The position numbers and the translations under genes were made by a program. A DNA stretch of 63,905 bases, filler included, from Octopus bimaculoides (Eukaryota): NCBI RefSeq assembly GCF_001194135.2. It is 6 parts of 6 records of this genome, joined end to end, with 100 filler letters (N's around TTAATTAATTAA, not from the genome) between each part and the next. Parts side by side here need not be neighbours in the genome. Positions count along the whole stretch, not along the records: positions 6,448 to 28,079 come from NC_069003.1; positions 28,180 to 43,854 come from NC_068983.1; 4 more parts are not named here. The stretch is one strand, 5' to 3'. Below the pieces are notes generated by a model. The model was not told where the DNA came from. It did not search any database and saw only the letters and a program-made list of their open reading frames with translations. Numbering within the stretch: position 1 is the first letter of the stretch; each line of letters starts with the position of its first letter. Positions 25,326 to 38,473 of this stretch are shown here, piece by piece.

Positions 25326-27190
25326 ATGATGGGCTCCTTTCAGTTTCTGTCTAACAAATCCACTCACAAGGCTTTGGTCAGCCCAAGATTATAGTAGAAG
25401 ACACTTGCCCAAGATGTCATGCAGTGAGACTGAACCAGGAACCATGTGGCTGGAAAGCAAGCTTCTTATTTCTTTATTGCCCACAAGGGGCTAAACATAG
25501 AGGGGACAAACAAGGACAGACAAACAGATTAAGTCAATTACATCGACCCCAGTGCGTAACTGGTACTTAATTTATCGACCCCGAAAGAATGAAAGGCAAA
25601 GTCGACCTCGGCGGAATTTGAACTCAGAACATAACAGCAGACAAAATACTGCTAAGCATTTCACCCAGCATGCTAACGTTTCTGCCAGCTCACCGCCTTC
25701 TTTCAGTTTCTATCTAACAAATCCACTCACAAAGCTTTGGTCAGCCCAAGATTATAGTAGAAGACACTTGCCCAAAATGCCACGCAGTGAGACTGAACCA
25801 GGAACCATGTGATTGGAAAGCAAACCTTATTACCACACAGCCATGCTTGCACCTATTGTTTAAGAAAAAGTATTCTCTTCATGATGGTAAAATAATCCAA
25901 CTGAGACTGTCCACTGGCTTTATGATACAAACTTCCTGTTTTAAACAGATCTAAATCAAAATCTTCCATCAAGATTTCCTTTTAATTTATGTCCCAGATT
26001 AATAATCGTTTTTACTACAGGCACAAAGCCTGAAATCTTAGGGTGGGGGCTAGTCGATTACATTGTCCCTAGTGCTCCACTGCTACTTATCTAAGTAACC
26101 CCAAAAGGATGAAAAGCGAAGTTGACTTTGGCAAAATTTGAACTCAGAGCGTAAAGACAGATGAAATGTTATTAAGCATTTTGCCTGCAGGGCAAAATAG
26201 TTCTGCCATTTCATTAAATTCTCCTTTATTTTTCATAATAAACTGAGACAACAGTTGGATACTTCAATAGATGTGTTACCACAAGCAGCTTGAAGAAAAT
26301 AAAAGCCAAATACATTTCTAACAATTTTTTTTATAGCCTACTGTGAAACAATTCTCTCCATAACATCGAAAGAAAGAGTGAGAGAAAGTTGTGGTGAAAG
26401 AGTACAGCAGGGTTCGCCACCATCCCCTGCCGGAGCCTCGTGGAGCTTTAGGTGTTTTCACTCAATAAACACTCACAACGCCCGGTCTGGGAATAGAAAC
26501 CGCGATCCTACGACCGCGAGTCCACTGCCCTAACCACTGGGCCATTGCGCCTCCACACTTATGTATGTAAATAAATAAATAATTCATAGTGGTACTGATA
26601 ATTATTTTACTTTAACAGACAAGACAAATTAGTGAAAGTGTTCTGTAAACAAAAGAAACCAAAATGAGGTAAAAAGAAAAAGAAAAAGTGAGAAGTTGAA
26701 GGTGAGAGGATGAAAAAGAGAGAGGGTGAGAGTGAGACACTAAAAGACGAAGCCTCGTCAGATATAGATAATTTCAATAAACATGTGTCTATAACATAAA
26801 ATCTTTTAACAGCCTGTCATAAAAGAAAACTAATAACCTATTCCTGCTGCTAAAAAGGAAACTTGAAGATGAGAAAGGGAAAGATTGGTTTCATTATTCT
26901 TTTACTGGTTTCAGTCATTTTATTGGAGCCATGCTGGAGCACCAAAAGGGTTTTAGTCAAAGAAACCAACCCCAGGACTTATTCTTTGTAAGCCTAGTAC
27001 TTATTCTATCAGTCTGTTTTGCTGCACTGCTAAGTTACAGGGACATAAACACATCAGCATTGATTGCCTAGTGATGGCAGGGGGACAAACAGACACACAC
27101 ATAAATACATATATATATATATATATATATACATACATACATATATATGTGTGTGTGTGTGTGTATGTATATAAATATATGTATATATGT

Positions 27191-27286
<96 letters not shown>

Positions 27287-28909
27287 GATGGGCTTCTTTC
27301 AGTTTCTGTCTACCAAATCCACTCGCAAGGGTTTGATCAGCCCAAAGCTATAGAAGACACTTGCCCAAGGTGCCACACACTGGGGCTGAAGCTGGAACCA
27401 TATGGTTGGGAAGCAAGCTTCTTACCACACAACCATGCCTGTGTCTTCACATATTTTTCCAAACTTCAATTGGAAATGAGTAGGTTTCTTTTTAGCATAA
27501 CTACCGCATTTAGGTTTGATATCATCATCATTTAGCATCTATTTTCCATGCTGGCATGGGTGGGATGGCTTAACAGGAACTGGCAAGGCCAGGGGCTACA
27601 CCAGTTTCATAGTCTGCTTTTGCCTGGTTTCTACAGCTGGATGCCCTTCTTAATGCTAACCACTCCACAAAGTGTACTGGGTGGTTTTCATGTGACACCA
27701 GCATCAGTGATTTTTACATGGCACCAGCATCCACACCAATGCTTTTCTATGTAGCACCTTGGTGTATGCATGTATACTCTCTTTTTTTACTCTTTTACTT
27801 GTTTCAGTCATTTGATTGTGGCCATGCTGGAGCACCACCTTTAGTTGAGCAAATCGACCCCAGGACTTATTCTTTGGAAGCCTAGTACTAATTCTACCGG
27901 TCTCTTTTGCCGAACCACTAAGTTATGGGGACGTAAACACACCAGCATCCGTTGTCAAGCGATGTTGGGGGGACAAACACAGACACACAAACATATACAC
28001 AAACATACATATATATATATACATATATACGACAGGCTTCTTTCAGTTTCCGTCTACCAAATCCACTCACAAGGCTTTGNNNNNNNNNNNNNNNNNNNNN
28101 NNNNNNNNNNNNNNNNNNNNNNNTTAATTAATTAANNNNNNNNNNNNNNNNNNNNNNNNNNNNNNNNNNNNNNNNNNNNATTTACGACGGGCTTCTTTCA
28201 GTTTCCGTCCACCACGTCCACTCACAAGGCTTTGGTTGGCCTGAGGCTATAGTACAAGACATTTGACCAAGGCTCCACGCAGTGGGACTGAACCACAAGT
28301 AATGTGGTTGAGATGCAAGCTTCTTACCGCAGAGCCACGCCTGCGCCTATAGTCGAATATGCGACTGCATTGTTATATGTGTCCTTTTTTCGGACGTAGT
28401 AAGCAGAGTGTAATTTGTGTGAAATTTAGCTGTCATTTCTAGCAGATCGAGCGACCACAAACATGTTCCCCCGTTAGTTGTTGATACTAATAGAATTGAA
28501 GGCACATACGACACACACACACAGATACACACATACACACAAACACACACATACGCACACGCATGCACACACACACACACACACAAACACATACACACAC
28601 GCATGTACGCACACCTTCTAAGACCGCTGAGATTGACATTGTTAAGGTTCCGTTTAAACAGTTTCAAGCTGATTCCTGCAGGACCCACATGAGTAAAGAT
28701 AGATTTCTGCTTACTACGTCTGAAAAGAAAGGAAACATAACAATGCAGTTGCATATTTGACCATAGGCGCAGGCGTGGCTGTACGGTAAGAAGCTTGCAT
28801 CTCAACCACATGATATGTGGTTCAGTCCCACTGCGTGGAACCTTGGGCAAATCTCTTGGGCAAATGTCATATTGGAAGCACTTAGTATAATGACTACTGC
28901 AGAAATTCT

Positions 28910-29291
28910 GTTGTTGTTGTTGGCACTCCGTCGCTTACGACATCGAGGGTTCCAGTTGATCCAATCAACGGAACAGCCTGCTCGTGAAATTAACGTGCAA
29001 GTGGCTGAGCACTCCACAGACACGTGTACTCTTAACGTAGTTCTTGGGGAGATTCAGCGTGACACAGTGTGACAAGGCTGACCCTTTGATATACAGGTAC
29101 AACAGAAACAGGAAGTAAGAGTGAGAGAAAGTTGTGGTGGAAGAGTACAGCAGGGTTCGCCACCAACCCCTGCCGGAGCCTCGTGGAGCTTTAAGGTGTT
29201 TTCGCTCAATAAACACTCACAACGCCCGGTCTGGGAATCGAAACCGCGATCCTATGACCGCGAGTCCGCTGCCCTAACCACTAGGCCAATG
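28910..29291 (-). mobile_element. tRNA-derived SINE family C, near full length with (CAA)n tail
   Basis: Minus-strand head ...GGCCTAGTGGTTAGGGCAGCGGACTCGCGGTC...GGTTTCGATTCC, body, then the shared tail CAAAGGGTCAGCCTTGTCACAC...ACTGGAACCCTCG; head-only copy at 26375-26557. Confidence 0.8.
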
Positions 29292-30052
29292 NNNNNNNNN
29301 NNNNNNNNNNNNNNNNNNNNNNNNNNNNNNNNNNNNNNNNNNNNNNNNNNNNNNNNNNNNNNNNNNNNNNNNNNNNNNNNNNNNNNNNNNNNNNNNNNNN
29401 CCTCCACGGGGGTCTATAGGCAAAAAAAAAAAAAGCAATGGCCGAGGACCACGTTTTTGAACTTGCAAAAGCTTGGAGCTTTGTCAACATATTTCAACAT
29501 CAGACGTACCCTCTCTTGTATAACATCAAACTAAGGAGACATGAAATTCTCTCGTATATCAAATAATGGTTTCAAATTTTGGCACAAGGCCAGCAAGTTC
29601 GAGTATTGGGGTAAGTCGATTACATAGACTCCAGTGCTCAACTGTTACTTATTTCATCGAACCCGAAGGATGAAAGGCAAAGTCGACCTCGGTGGAATTT
29701 GAACTCAGAACGTAGCGACGAGTAAAATACCGCTAAGCATTTCGCCCAGCATGCTAATTGATGGCGGTGTTATCATCATGATGACCGCCAACTATCTGAT
29801 CATAATGATTACAATAAAAATAACAACAAACAAACAAGCAAAACAAAGCAGTATCTGTGTATTAGACGCAGGCATGTCTGCGTGATTAAGAAGCTTGCTT
29901 TACAACGATGTAGTTTCGGGTTCAGTTCCACTGCGCGGCACTTTGGACGAATGTGTCCTGCTATAGCCGCAGTCCGACCAATATCTTGTGAGTGAATCTG
30001 GTTGACGGAAACTGTGTGGAAGCTTGTCGGATATACATGTATATGCGTTTGC

Positions 30053-30086
<34 letters not shown>

Positions 30087-30087
30087 G

Positions 30088-30147
<60 letters not shown>

Positions 30148-30539
30148 TTTGTGTCGTTTGTTCCTCTTACAGCTTGACAACTAATGTTGGTTTGTTTACT
30201 TCCCAAAACATGATTCAGCAAAGGCGACCAATCAAATAAATACCAGATTTAATAAATAAGTAGTGGGGCCGATTTGTTCGACTAAACCCTCGAACGCTAT
30301 GCCCAGCAAGGCTACAATCCAATGATTGAAACAGGCAAAAGATAAAAGATAAAATATTATTAAAATATCTGCTGAAACCTGTTGACTTTTTCCTTAAAGG
30401 ATTTTGCATCGCACTTTTCAATTTCTGCAGTTCAGAGCTAAATTGTAAGTTTATAAAACATGATTCATTTCTCAAAAGCGTCACTGCTCAATAGTTTGCT
30501 AAATGCAAAGACTCACAGCTAAACAGCCTTTCTCTAGTA

Positions 30540-30838
30540 CAGGGGTTTTCAAACTGTGGTCCGCGGACCACAGGGGGTCCGCAAGGACGAGACAGGGGTT
30601 CCGTGGACAGCAAATACTTTTTATGGGCAATTTGATTTTATATATGTTTTTTTAATCGAAATCTTTTAATTGATGATAAACATATTTGTTAAATACTGTT
30701 AAATAAATGAATGTAAAAATATATGTTATTTTAAGCAAATATTTATGCATAAATTTCATAAGCGTTTATAAGGGGGTCCCTAAAGTAAAGCCTGAAATAC
30801 AAAGGGAGTCCGCAAGTCAAAAAGTTTGAAAACCCCTG
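30540..30838. mobile_element. hAT (Charlie-like) MITE, 299 bp
   Basis: Perfect 16-bp TIR CAGGGGTTTTCAAACT and perfect 8-bp TSD CTCTAGTA (30532-39 and 30839-46). Confidence 0.92.
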
Positions 30839-31255
30839 CTCTAGTAGTAACAAATCTTGTACTTAATAGTCAACGTTATTGTATTACAGTTTTTCAATCA
30901 AAACTGTTTTTGTTTTCAAACATCTGTTTAGAAGTAAAATTTTGTTTTTACCTAGTGTTGTTATCACCCACTTATATAGAAATAACTTTCATTCAACACT
31001 TATGACTGACTTTTTTTTTTCATGTGTATGTATGTGTTTGTGTGTGTGTATATTTGTGTATGCATGTATATATATATATGCATATAGGAGGGAGATAGAG
31101 AGAGGTATATGGCAAATATGTACCATGACAAATGTGTTTCTGGGTCTATATTAGCATATATGTGTCGGAGTCAAAATGCCTTTGCATATGTAAACCATTA
31201 TGCTTATGCATGTAAGTAAATATGTGTGTATGTGTGTGCGTGTGCGTATGCGTGC

Positions 31256-31299
<44 letters not shown>

Positions 31300-31936
31300 G
31301 TATTTATATGTTTATATACATACATATATGTATGTATTTGTACTTTGTCTATATCACAATATAACCTACGCTACAATTTGAAAATGTACGTGTGTATATG
31401 TTTGTGTACATGTGTATGCGTGTTTGTATTTCCGGTACTATACTTTGGTATTTCCTTTATTAAGGAAAAGACACAGAAAACAACTTCAAGTTCAAAGAAC
31501 TACTTAGTTTCTTTCAACGTTAACAAGGGAGATAAATCTTAAGGCAATAATCGATGACATCATTATCAAACACCATCGTAGAATGATAGGAATTTCTTGG
31601 GATTTTTGCCACAATTTTAGTTCGTGTTTTTTTTTTTTTACGTCGTGTTCCTTATACTGTTTTATGTGCTAGTAAAAAGAAACGGAAACAACTACATTTT
31701 GCTACTGTTCATATCAGTATAATTGATTATTTTAATAGATTGAGCGTGATGGCTTAAGCTGCGTATTGTTCATAGAGATAGAGTTTGGTGGAGCTATGTG
31801 AAATGAGTAGCATCTAAGTTAAAGCTAAGTTATGCAACCTTTTGGTTGTTCTTCATTTATGCGTATTATTCTGCTTGTCAGGTTGTGAACTTGTGTGTGG
31901 CTGAACCCTGTGTCCCCAAAAAATTGTAGTAACGCC

Positions 31937-31963
31937 TGCGCATGCGTAGTCTTACGCATGCGT
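31937..31963. promoter_or_regulatory. Paired NRF1-like (GCGCATGCG) sites in a locally CpG-rich patch
   Basis: TGCGCATGCG at 31937 and ACGCATGCGT at 31954; function not demonstrable from sequence. Confidence 0.3.
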
Positions 31964-32894
31964 AGAATTAATAAAGCAAGCGTTTCCCGCTCAATTCATT
32001 CTCTTTCACGCTGGCCAGCGATTGAGCATGGACGTATGTTTAAAAGCTCTCTCTACATCTTTCGGTCTTATACTCGACAGCTCGTTATTCTCACCTCCAA
32101 AGATGTATAACTAAAGATATGTATGTTTTACCAAGTAAATAAATGTTGTTTAAGTTGTTTAGTCTGGAGTTCAGCGTTCCGTCAATTTCTTCAATTTTAT
32201 AGTAGAAAGTCAGGTATACAATCTAAAGATGTATAACCCACTTTCTACTAAAAAATAAAGCGCAAGCATCTTTAAGGAATTGGTTGCCAATGGCGAAATC
32301 TGTGTAGAAGCTCGTTGGTGCCGAAGAAATCCTCGAGTTTTGATGTTACTGAAGAAAGTTCTTTGGGTGAGAGAAAGCTCTTTGAGCGAGACAAAGCTTT
32401 AGTTAGGGAAACCTGTTTGGGTTTTCTACCGACGTATATTCTACTAAAGTTTCTACTTCAAGTGGTTAGTGTCATGTAGAATTCATAAACAAGGAGCTTT
32501 TCTAAAAAATTTTGAGGCTGTACACAGAGTAATACTTTGAGGTTGTCAAGATCAACAATTTATTTGCCGTCGAAGAAGATCTAGAGTTTTGGGTTTCAGA
32601 AATATGAGTGTGAGTAGTGTTAAGGTTCAATTACGAAGATTAGGGGTTGTGGGAGAACTATTTGAAGAAAGGATGTTCCAGATCGAGGCAGTGCTGGAGG
32701 AAGAATGCTAATGAACATTTTGGTTTGGATACTTTCCTTCAGACATGTCAATGGAAATAGTATTCTATAACGTTTGGTTGACATTTAGGATCGGCAACGT
32801 TATCTATTTTTTTTTTTTTAGTTAGGTCTATAGTAAGTTACGAGGACGTAAAGAGACCAATGACCGGTTGTCAAGTGGTGGTGGTGGTGGACAA

Positions 32895-32976
<82 letters not shown>

Positions 32977-33723
32977 GACGGGTTTCTTGCAGTTTCTGTC
33001 TACCAAATCCACTCACAAGGTTTTGGTCAGCCCCAGGCTATTATAGTAGAAGACACTTGCCCAAGTTGCTACGGAGTGGGACTGAACTTGAAACCATGTA
33101 CTAGAGAAGCAGGCTTCTTACCACCCAGCCACGTTTCACATATTTAAAATAAGTATTAAATATTTACCCGTACACATACGTTATTATAGTCACTACTAGT
33201 TTATCTATTTTTACTTTTGCTTTATTTTTTGACCAGAACCGCTGGTAGCAAAAGTAAAACGCTGTCTATGATAGTGTACGTGTAAACGGTTGGTATGGTT
33301 CTCCTGTGATGTAATTAGTGTTAGTTTCGATGCAAGATTACACTACAAATTAATTGTCAAATACATATAATGTTGCAAAAGTAGACCTAAATTACCCTTC
33401 CCAACATAGCTTGTTGTAGGTTTTTCAAAGAGCGCACATACAACATTTTGACTGCAACCGAAAATATATTAGGAAGCTCGTCTCTGTTTTCTTGTTTGTT
33501 TGTTTGTATGCGCGTTGTTTGTTTGTTTGTTTGTTTGTGTGTGTGTGTGTTTGCGGCCATGCTGGGGCACCACCACTTGCGTTAATGCTTTATTTCAGAC
33601 TCACTTCCCGGCCCCGACTTCGGAATCGGTCCTCGTGAAGCTGCCCCTCTTTGCGTTTCTTGCTGTGATGTGGATTCATCTGGTATATCAGATAATGTAT
33701 GCATGCATGTATGTATTCATTTA

Positions 33724-33842
<119 letters not shown>

Positions 33843-34305
33843 GTGTCTCTGTCTGTATGTATGTCACAATGATGCAAATGCTAATGATTAATGCATCCTT
33901 TAAGATAAGTAAAGTTTATATATAATTCCTATTTCGTTTCTTTGATGCAAATTAAATGTAAATCGACCTCTGGTTTGGATGCAAGTAACCACGTTAGATG
34001 ATATGGCACCGATTCAACACCCATTTGGTAAGGGCAGACACGTATTATTAATTGCTCTATACAGAGACATAGTGGAGTTCCTGCAGTGGATGTGAACTCT
34101 AGACTGGTTAGTTTAATTTTGTTTATATAGGTATATATAAACATATATTTATATACACACACATGCGCACATTTACAGACACATGTTTACACAATTATAC
34201 ACATATATTTGCATACATAAATGCATATGTAGGTTTATATATGCATATATATATGTATGTATATGTATCTATGTATATGCATGTATATGCATGAATATAG
34301 ATACA

Positions 34306-34340
<35 letters not shown>

Positions 34341-35229
34341 NNNNNNNNNNNNNNNNNNNNNNNNNNNNNNNNNNNNNNNNNNNNNNNNNNNNNNNNNNNN
34401 NNNNNNNNNNNNNNNNNNNNNNNNNNNNNNNNNNNNNNNNNNNNNNNNNNNNNNNNNNNNNNNNNNNNNNNNNNNNNNNNNNNNNNNNNNNNNNNNNATA
34501 TATATATATATATATATACATGTGTGTGTGTGTGTACGTATGTATGTATTTACGTTACGTGTATATGTGTGTATATATATATATAAATATTTCGAGGTTT
34601 CATGTTATTTGAAACCGAGTAATTTGGAATTTTCCTTATTATTAAACCGTCAATTAGTTAATTATGAGCATTAAAAATGTGGTGAAAATGTTAAGAAAAG
34701 TTTTTCAAAAATTAGAATTGGCAGTAAAATTTCAATAATCATCTAGTAACGAATTTCCAAAGAAGAGACAGAAACACTACAATGATTGAAATAGAACCTT
34801 ATCTGCCATTTCCGATCGAAAATTACAATCAAAGTTGTATCACCTTAAAATCCTGTGGACATCAAAAAGAAATGTCTGGCTGTTTGTAGCAATCTCTATG
34901 AAAATAATTAAATAAGTAAATATATAAATAAAAGAAGGAAAAAAGAAAGAAAAGGGAAAGAAAAAGTAATGAAACATTTTCTGGGTCCTTTGGGTGGTGT
35001 GACTGTCTCGAAAAGGATAGGAAAGGCTTCAGGGAAAAGTGTAAATGCGAAAAGTAGTTTAGGGCAAGATATACCATATTTTGTTTTAAACATTATTGAA
35101 GAAGATGGTTACATTGATGGACAAATTATAAAATTTGATGTATCGGGATTGGTTTGGAGCGCCTCTTAAATAAAAATAATTGCATTCACATGCATAGCTG
35201 TTGTGGAAGTGGTAACAAAACTAGTGAGT

Positions 35230-35850
35230 GTAGGATCTGTTGGCTGATATTTGCAGACGACATGGTGCTACTTGGTTCATCAGAAGATGATCTCCAGCAT
35301 GTTCTGAATGAGTTCGCTGCCGAGTACTACCAGGCAGGGATGAGAATTAAGGGTGCGAAAATTGAGAGATTGGTCCTCTGGAGTAAAAGTTTAAGTATTT
35401 CGGGGTCATAGTCTCAAGTAGTGGGAAGCAGGAAATTGAATTGTATGCTAGAATTGCAGGTACTGGCACAGTAATGCGCTAGATTCCATATTCGATCGTT
35501 GAAAGAAGGTAAGTTTGATAAAAAAAAGAAAAAGACAAATTTGTTCAATTCAGTTTTCGTGCTTATTCTCCTCACTTATGGTTATGGAATGTGGGCAGTG
35601 ACCGAAGGAGTACGATCGAAAATACAAACGAAATGGTTTTCCTAAGAAGGATCTCTGGAGTAACGTTACTCAACAGGGTGCGTAGCTCGGAGATCGGAGA
35701 CATTCTCCAGGTCGAGCTGCTACTTCTCTGCATTCAGCGGTCAGAGCTCCGATACTACGGATACTCGCAGGAAAGAATCGCAAGACGAATTCTTCAAGCC
35801 GAGTCAATTGGCAGGAGACTAAGGGTAGACCAAGAACGAATGGTTGTATA
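35230..35850 (+). mobile_element. RTE LINE reverse transcriptase fragment
   Basis: LIFADDMVLLGSSEDDLQHVLNEF, LTYGYGMW, EMVFLRRISGVTLLNRVRSSEI, ERIARRILQ and a GRPRT-like end; frameshifted. Confidence 0.85.
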
Positions 35851-36179
35851 ATAACTGCAGTTTCAGTTGATCATGCTTGGGAAATCAGCCGGAAAGTCTA
35901 GTGACTGTTGCTTCAGATTGGACTCTATGGAGGAGGAGCCTGAGGTTTCTACCCACACCACCCTCCTGGGAATAGTGGGCAGAGAAGATGAATGCATGGA
36001 TGGATATATGATGGCGTCCGCAAGTCTTACAGTCAATGTAGGGTCCCCGCAGAAGGGGAAAAGTTGAAATGAATCTTTTGAAATGATTGAAATTCCATTC
36101 CCAACCAGCAACCTTGCCGAAGATCTGGCAGATAAAACTTCATGTGTAGGTGTTCTGTGACAAAACATTACTTTCTGTT

Positions 36180-36950
36180 GCTAGCTTTGTCCATTGAGGT
36201 TTTATGATGGTCTTCTTATTTGCTTCTTAATCCGTGACAGTATTTCCAAAGAATTTTATTATCTGTGACTGCCTCCAGGTAACAAGGTTCATGCTAATTG
36301 CTTTCTTATCGCACAATCACACATCCTTGGATTGCAGGCGCGAGCATCTTTGCCCCTCATTCCAGAGAAAGCTCATCATATGTAGGTGTTTTGGAGTATG
36401 ACTAGGGTTCGCCTTCTTCTGCATGAGAGGTCTGGATTCGGTGAACTCTGTAGAAGAAACCTTCATGGTTCAAATGAAGGAATGGCGGACGCAGCAATAC
36501 ATTGAGGAGTATAGAGAGCAAGATAAGGCAAGTATGACATCTTGGTTACCTATATCATCCGTCTCCTTCCCAATCGTCTTGAGCTGTTCATACTACTGGA
36601 CGGAAGACGGTCACGGATGGGAGAATGAAGTTGACGGTGCGCAACTCTTCTTCACTTTAAAGGAAGTCCCCACTCATCAGTCTTAAAAATGACTAACAAA
36701 TCATTAGTCATCTTTAAGGATGACTAGATGGTTCTCGTCGCTCCAACGGACGAACATGTGTGAAGTATGACCGTTATTTTTGCAACAATCATGTCCAAAC
36801 CAATAGCCGTTATCATTTGTGTAGGTAAGTAAACATAGAGGAGTATATCTGCTTTGGTAACTACGCCAGTGTTGCAGATCCTGCCCTGCCATTTGATTCC
36901 AAGGATTCTACGCAAACAATTCATATGTAAGACGTGAAGATAATGTTATT
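36180..36950 (-). mobile_element. Degraded RTE LINE fragments (second family)
   Basis: CLRRILGIKWQGRICNTGV...WFGH on the minus strand; the lower-coordinate part is too decayed to read reliably. Confidence 0.6.
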
Positions 36951-37383
36951 GTGAAGATTTGCTGCTTGCCACAAAGATCTATGGCGAAAATTTAGGCCTT
37001 CGTTGTTGTAAGACTTGCGGACGCCATCATATATCCATCCATGCATTCATCTTCTCTGCCCTTAAGTCTTCCCAATTTTATCAAGTGGATCTCGAGAAGG
37101 TAGTAGCTATTTTATTGATGCGCTCCCTGACATAAATATACATATATGGATGCATACAAATGCGCGCGCGCGCACACACACGCACACAAGTATACATAAA
37201 CACACACACGTGTGTGTGTATATAGTGTGTGTGTATGTGTATTTATATGCGTATATATATGAACGTGTATATATGAATATAAGTATATATATGTGTGTAT
37301 GTTTATGTTTATATTTGTATATATGTGTATATGTATATATGTCTGTGTATCTATATAGGCATGCTTATGTATATATATATATG

Positions 37384-37459
<76 letters not shown>

Positions 37460-37752
37460 NNNNNNNNNNNNNNNNNNNNNNNNNNNNNNNNNNNNNNNNN
37501 NNNNNNNNNNNNNNNNNNNNNNNNNNNNNNNNNNNNNNNNNNNNNNNNNNNNNNNNNNNNNNNNNNNNNNNNNNNNNNNNNNNNNNNNNNNNNNNNNNNN
37601 NNNNNNNNNNNNNNNNNNNNNNNNNNNNNNNNNNNNNNNNNNNNNNNNNNNNNNNNNNNNNNNNNNNNNNNNNNNNNNNNNNNNNNNNNNNNNNNNNNNN
37701 NNNNNNNNNNNNNNNNNNNNNNNNNNNNNNNNNNNNNNNNNNNNNNNNNNNN

Positions 37753-37791
<39 letters not shown>

Positions 37792-38064
37792 TATATATAT
37801 GCCAACAAACATAAACACTCAGTAAAATGCTTTTGAAATATGAGACGTTTGAAGGGCGTGTGCACGTGTGAGAACAAAAAAGGATTGTGTGTGTGTATGT
37901 GTGTGTGTGTGTGTGTATGTGTGTGTGTGACTGTGTGTTTGTGGGAGTGTATGTATGCGTATGTTTATATACGGTGCACTATCTGACTTGCTGGCTGGTA
38001 TGGCTGCCTGGTCAGTTATTGGTGCCACCGCCCGCCCGCCTGTCGTTGCAACAACCTTAAGAGG

Positions 38065-38155
38065 ATGGCGAAGCTTGTATGTTTGCTTTTCATCTGTCCG
38101 AGTCTCCACATTCTGTTTTTCGGTCGTTATCCGAAGGAAAATAATCAAGTAGATG
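38065..38155 (+). CDS. Candidate first coding exon of an unidentified plus-strand gene (MAKLVCLLFICPSLHILFFGRYPKENNQVD|G)
   Basis: AGGATGG start context, hydrophobic N-terminus, perfect G|GTAAGT donor, GC-rich CCGCCCGCCCGCC upstream; no downstream exon identified. Confidence 0.35.
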
Positions 38156-38418
38156 GTAAGTGTACAAGTATGTATTTGAGAGGGAGAGAGAGAAACAGGA
38201 AAGAGAGAAAGAGAGAGAGAGAGAGGAAGGGAGAGAGACTATGGGAGTGTGTATACGTATACGTGGCTCTATGTTTCTGTGTGTGTGTGTGTGTGAGTGT
38301 GTGTGTGTCTATGTGTGCATGCATGCGTGTGTGTGTCAGTGTGCGTATGGTGGCGAAACTCAATTTCAGTAAAGGGTTTTTAAAACCCAACGTGAACAGT
38401 TTCCTTCCCTTATAAAGA

Positions 38419-38473
<55 letters not shown>

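Noticed and set aside
30370-30430. Possible P4HA upstream exon (phase-2 end)
   Set aside because: Weak donor, and the peptide does not resemble the P4HA N-terminus.
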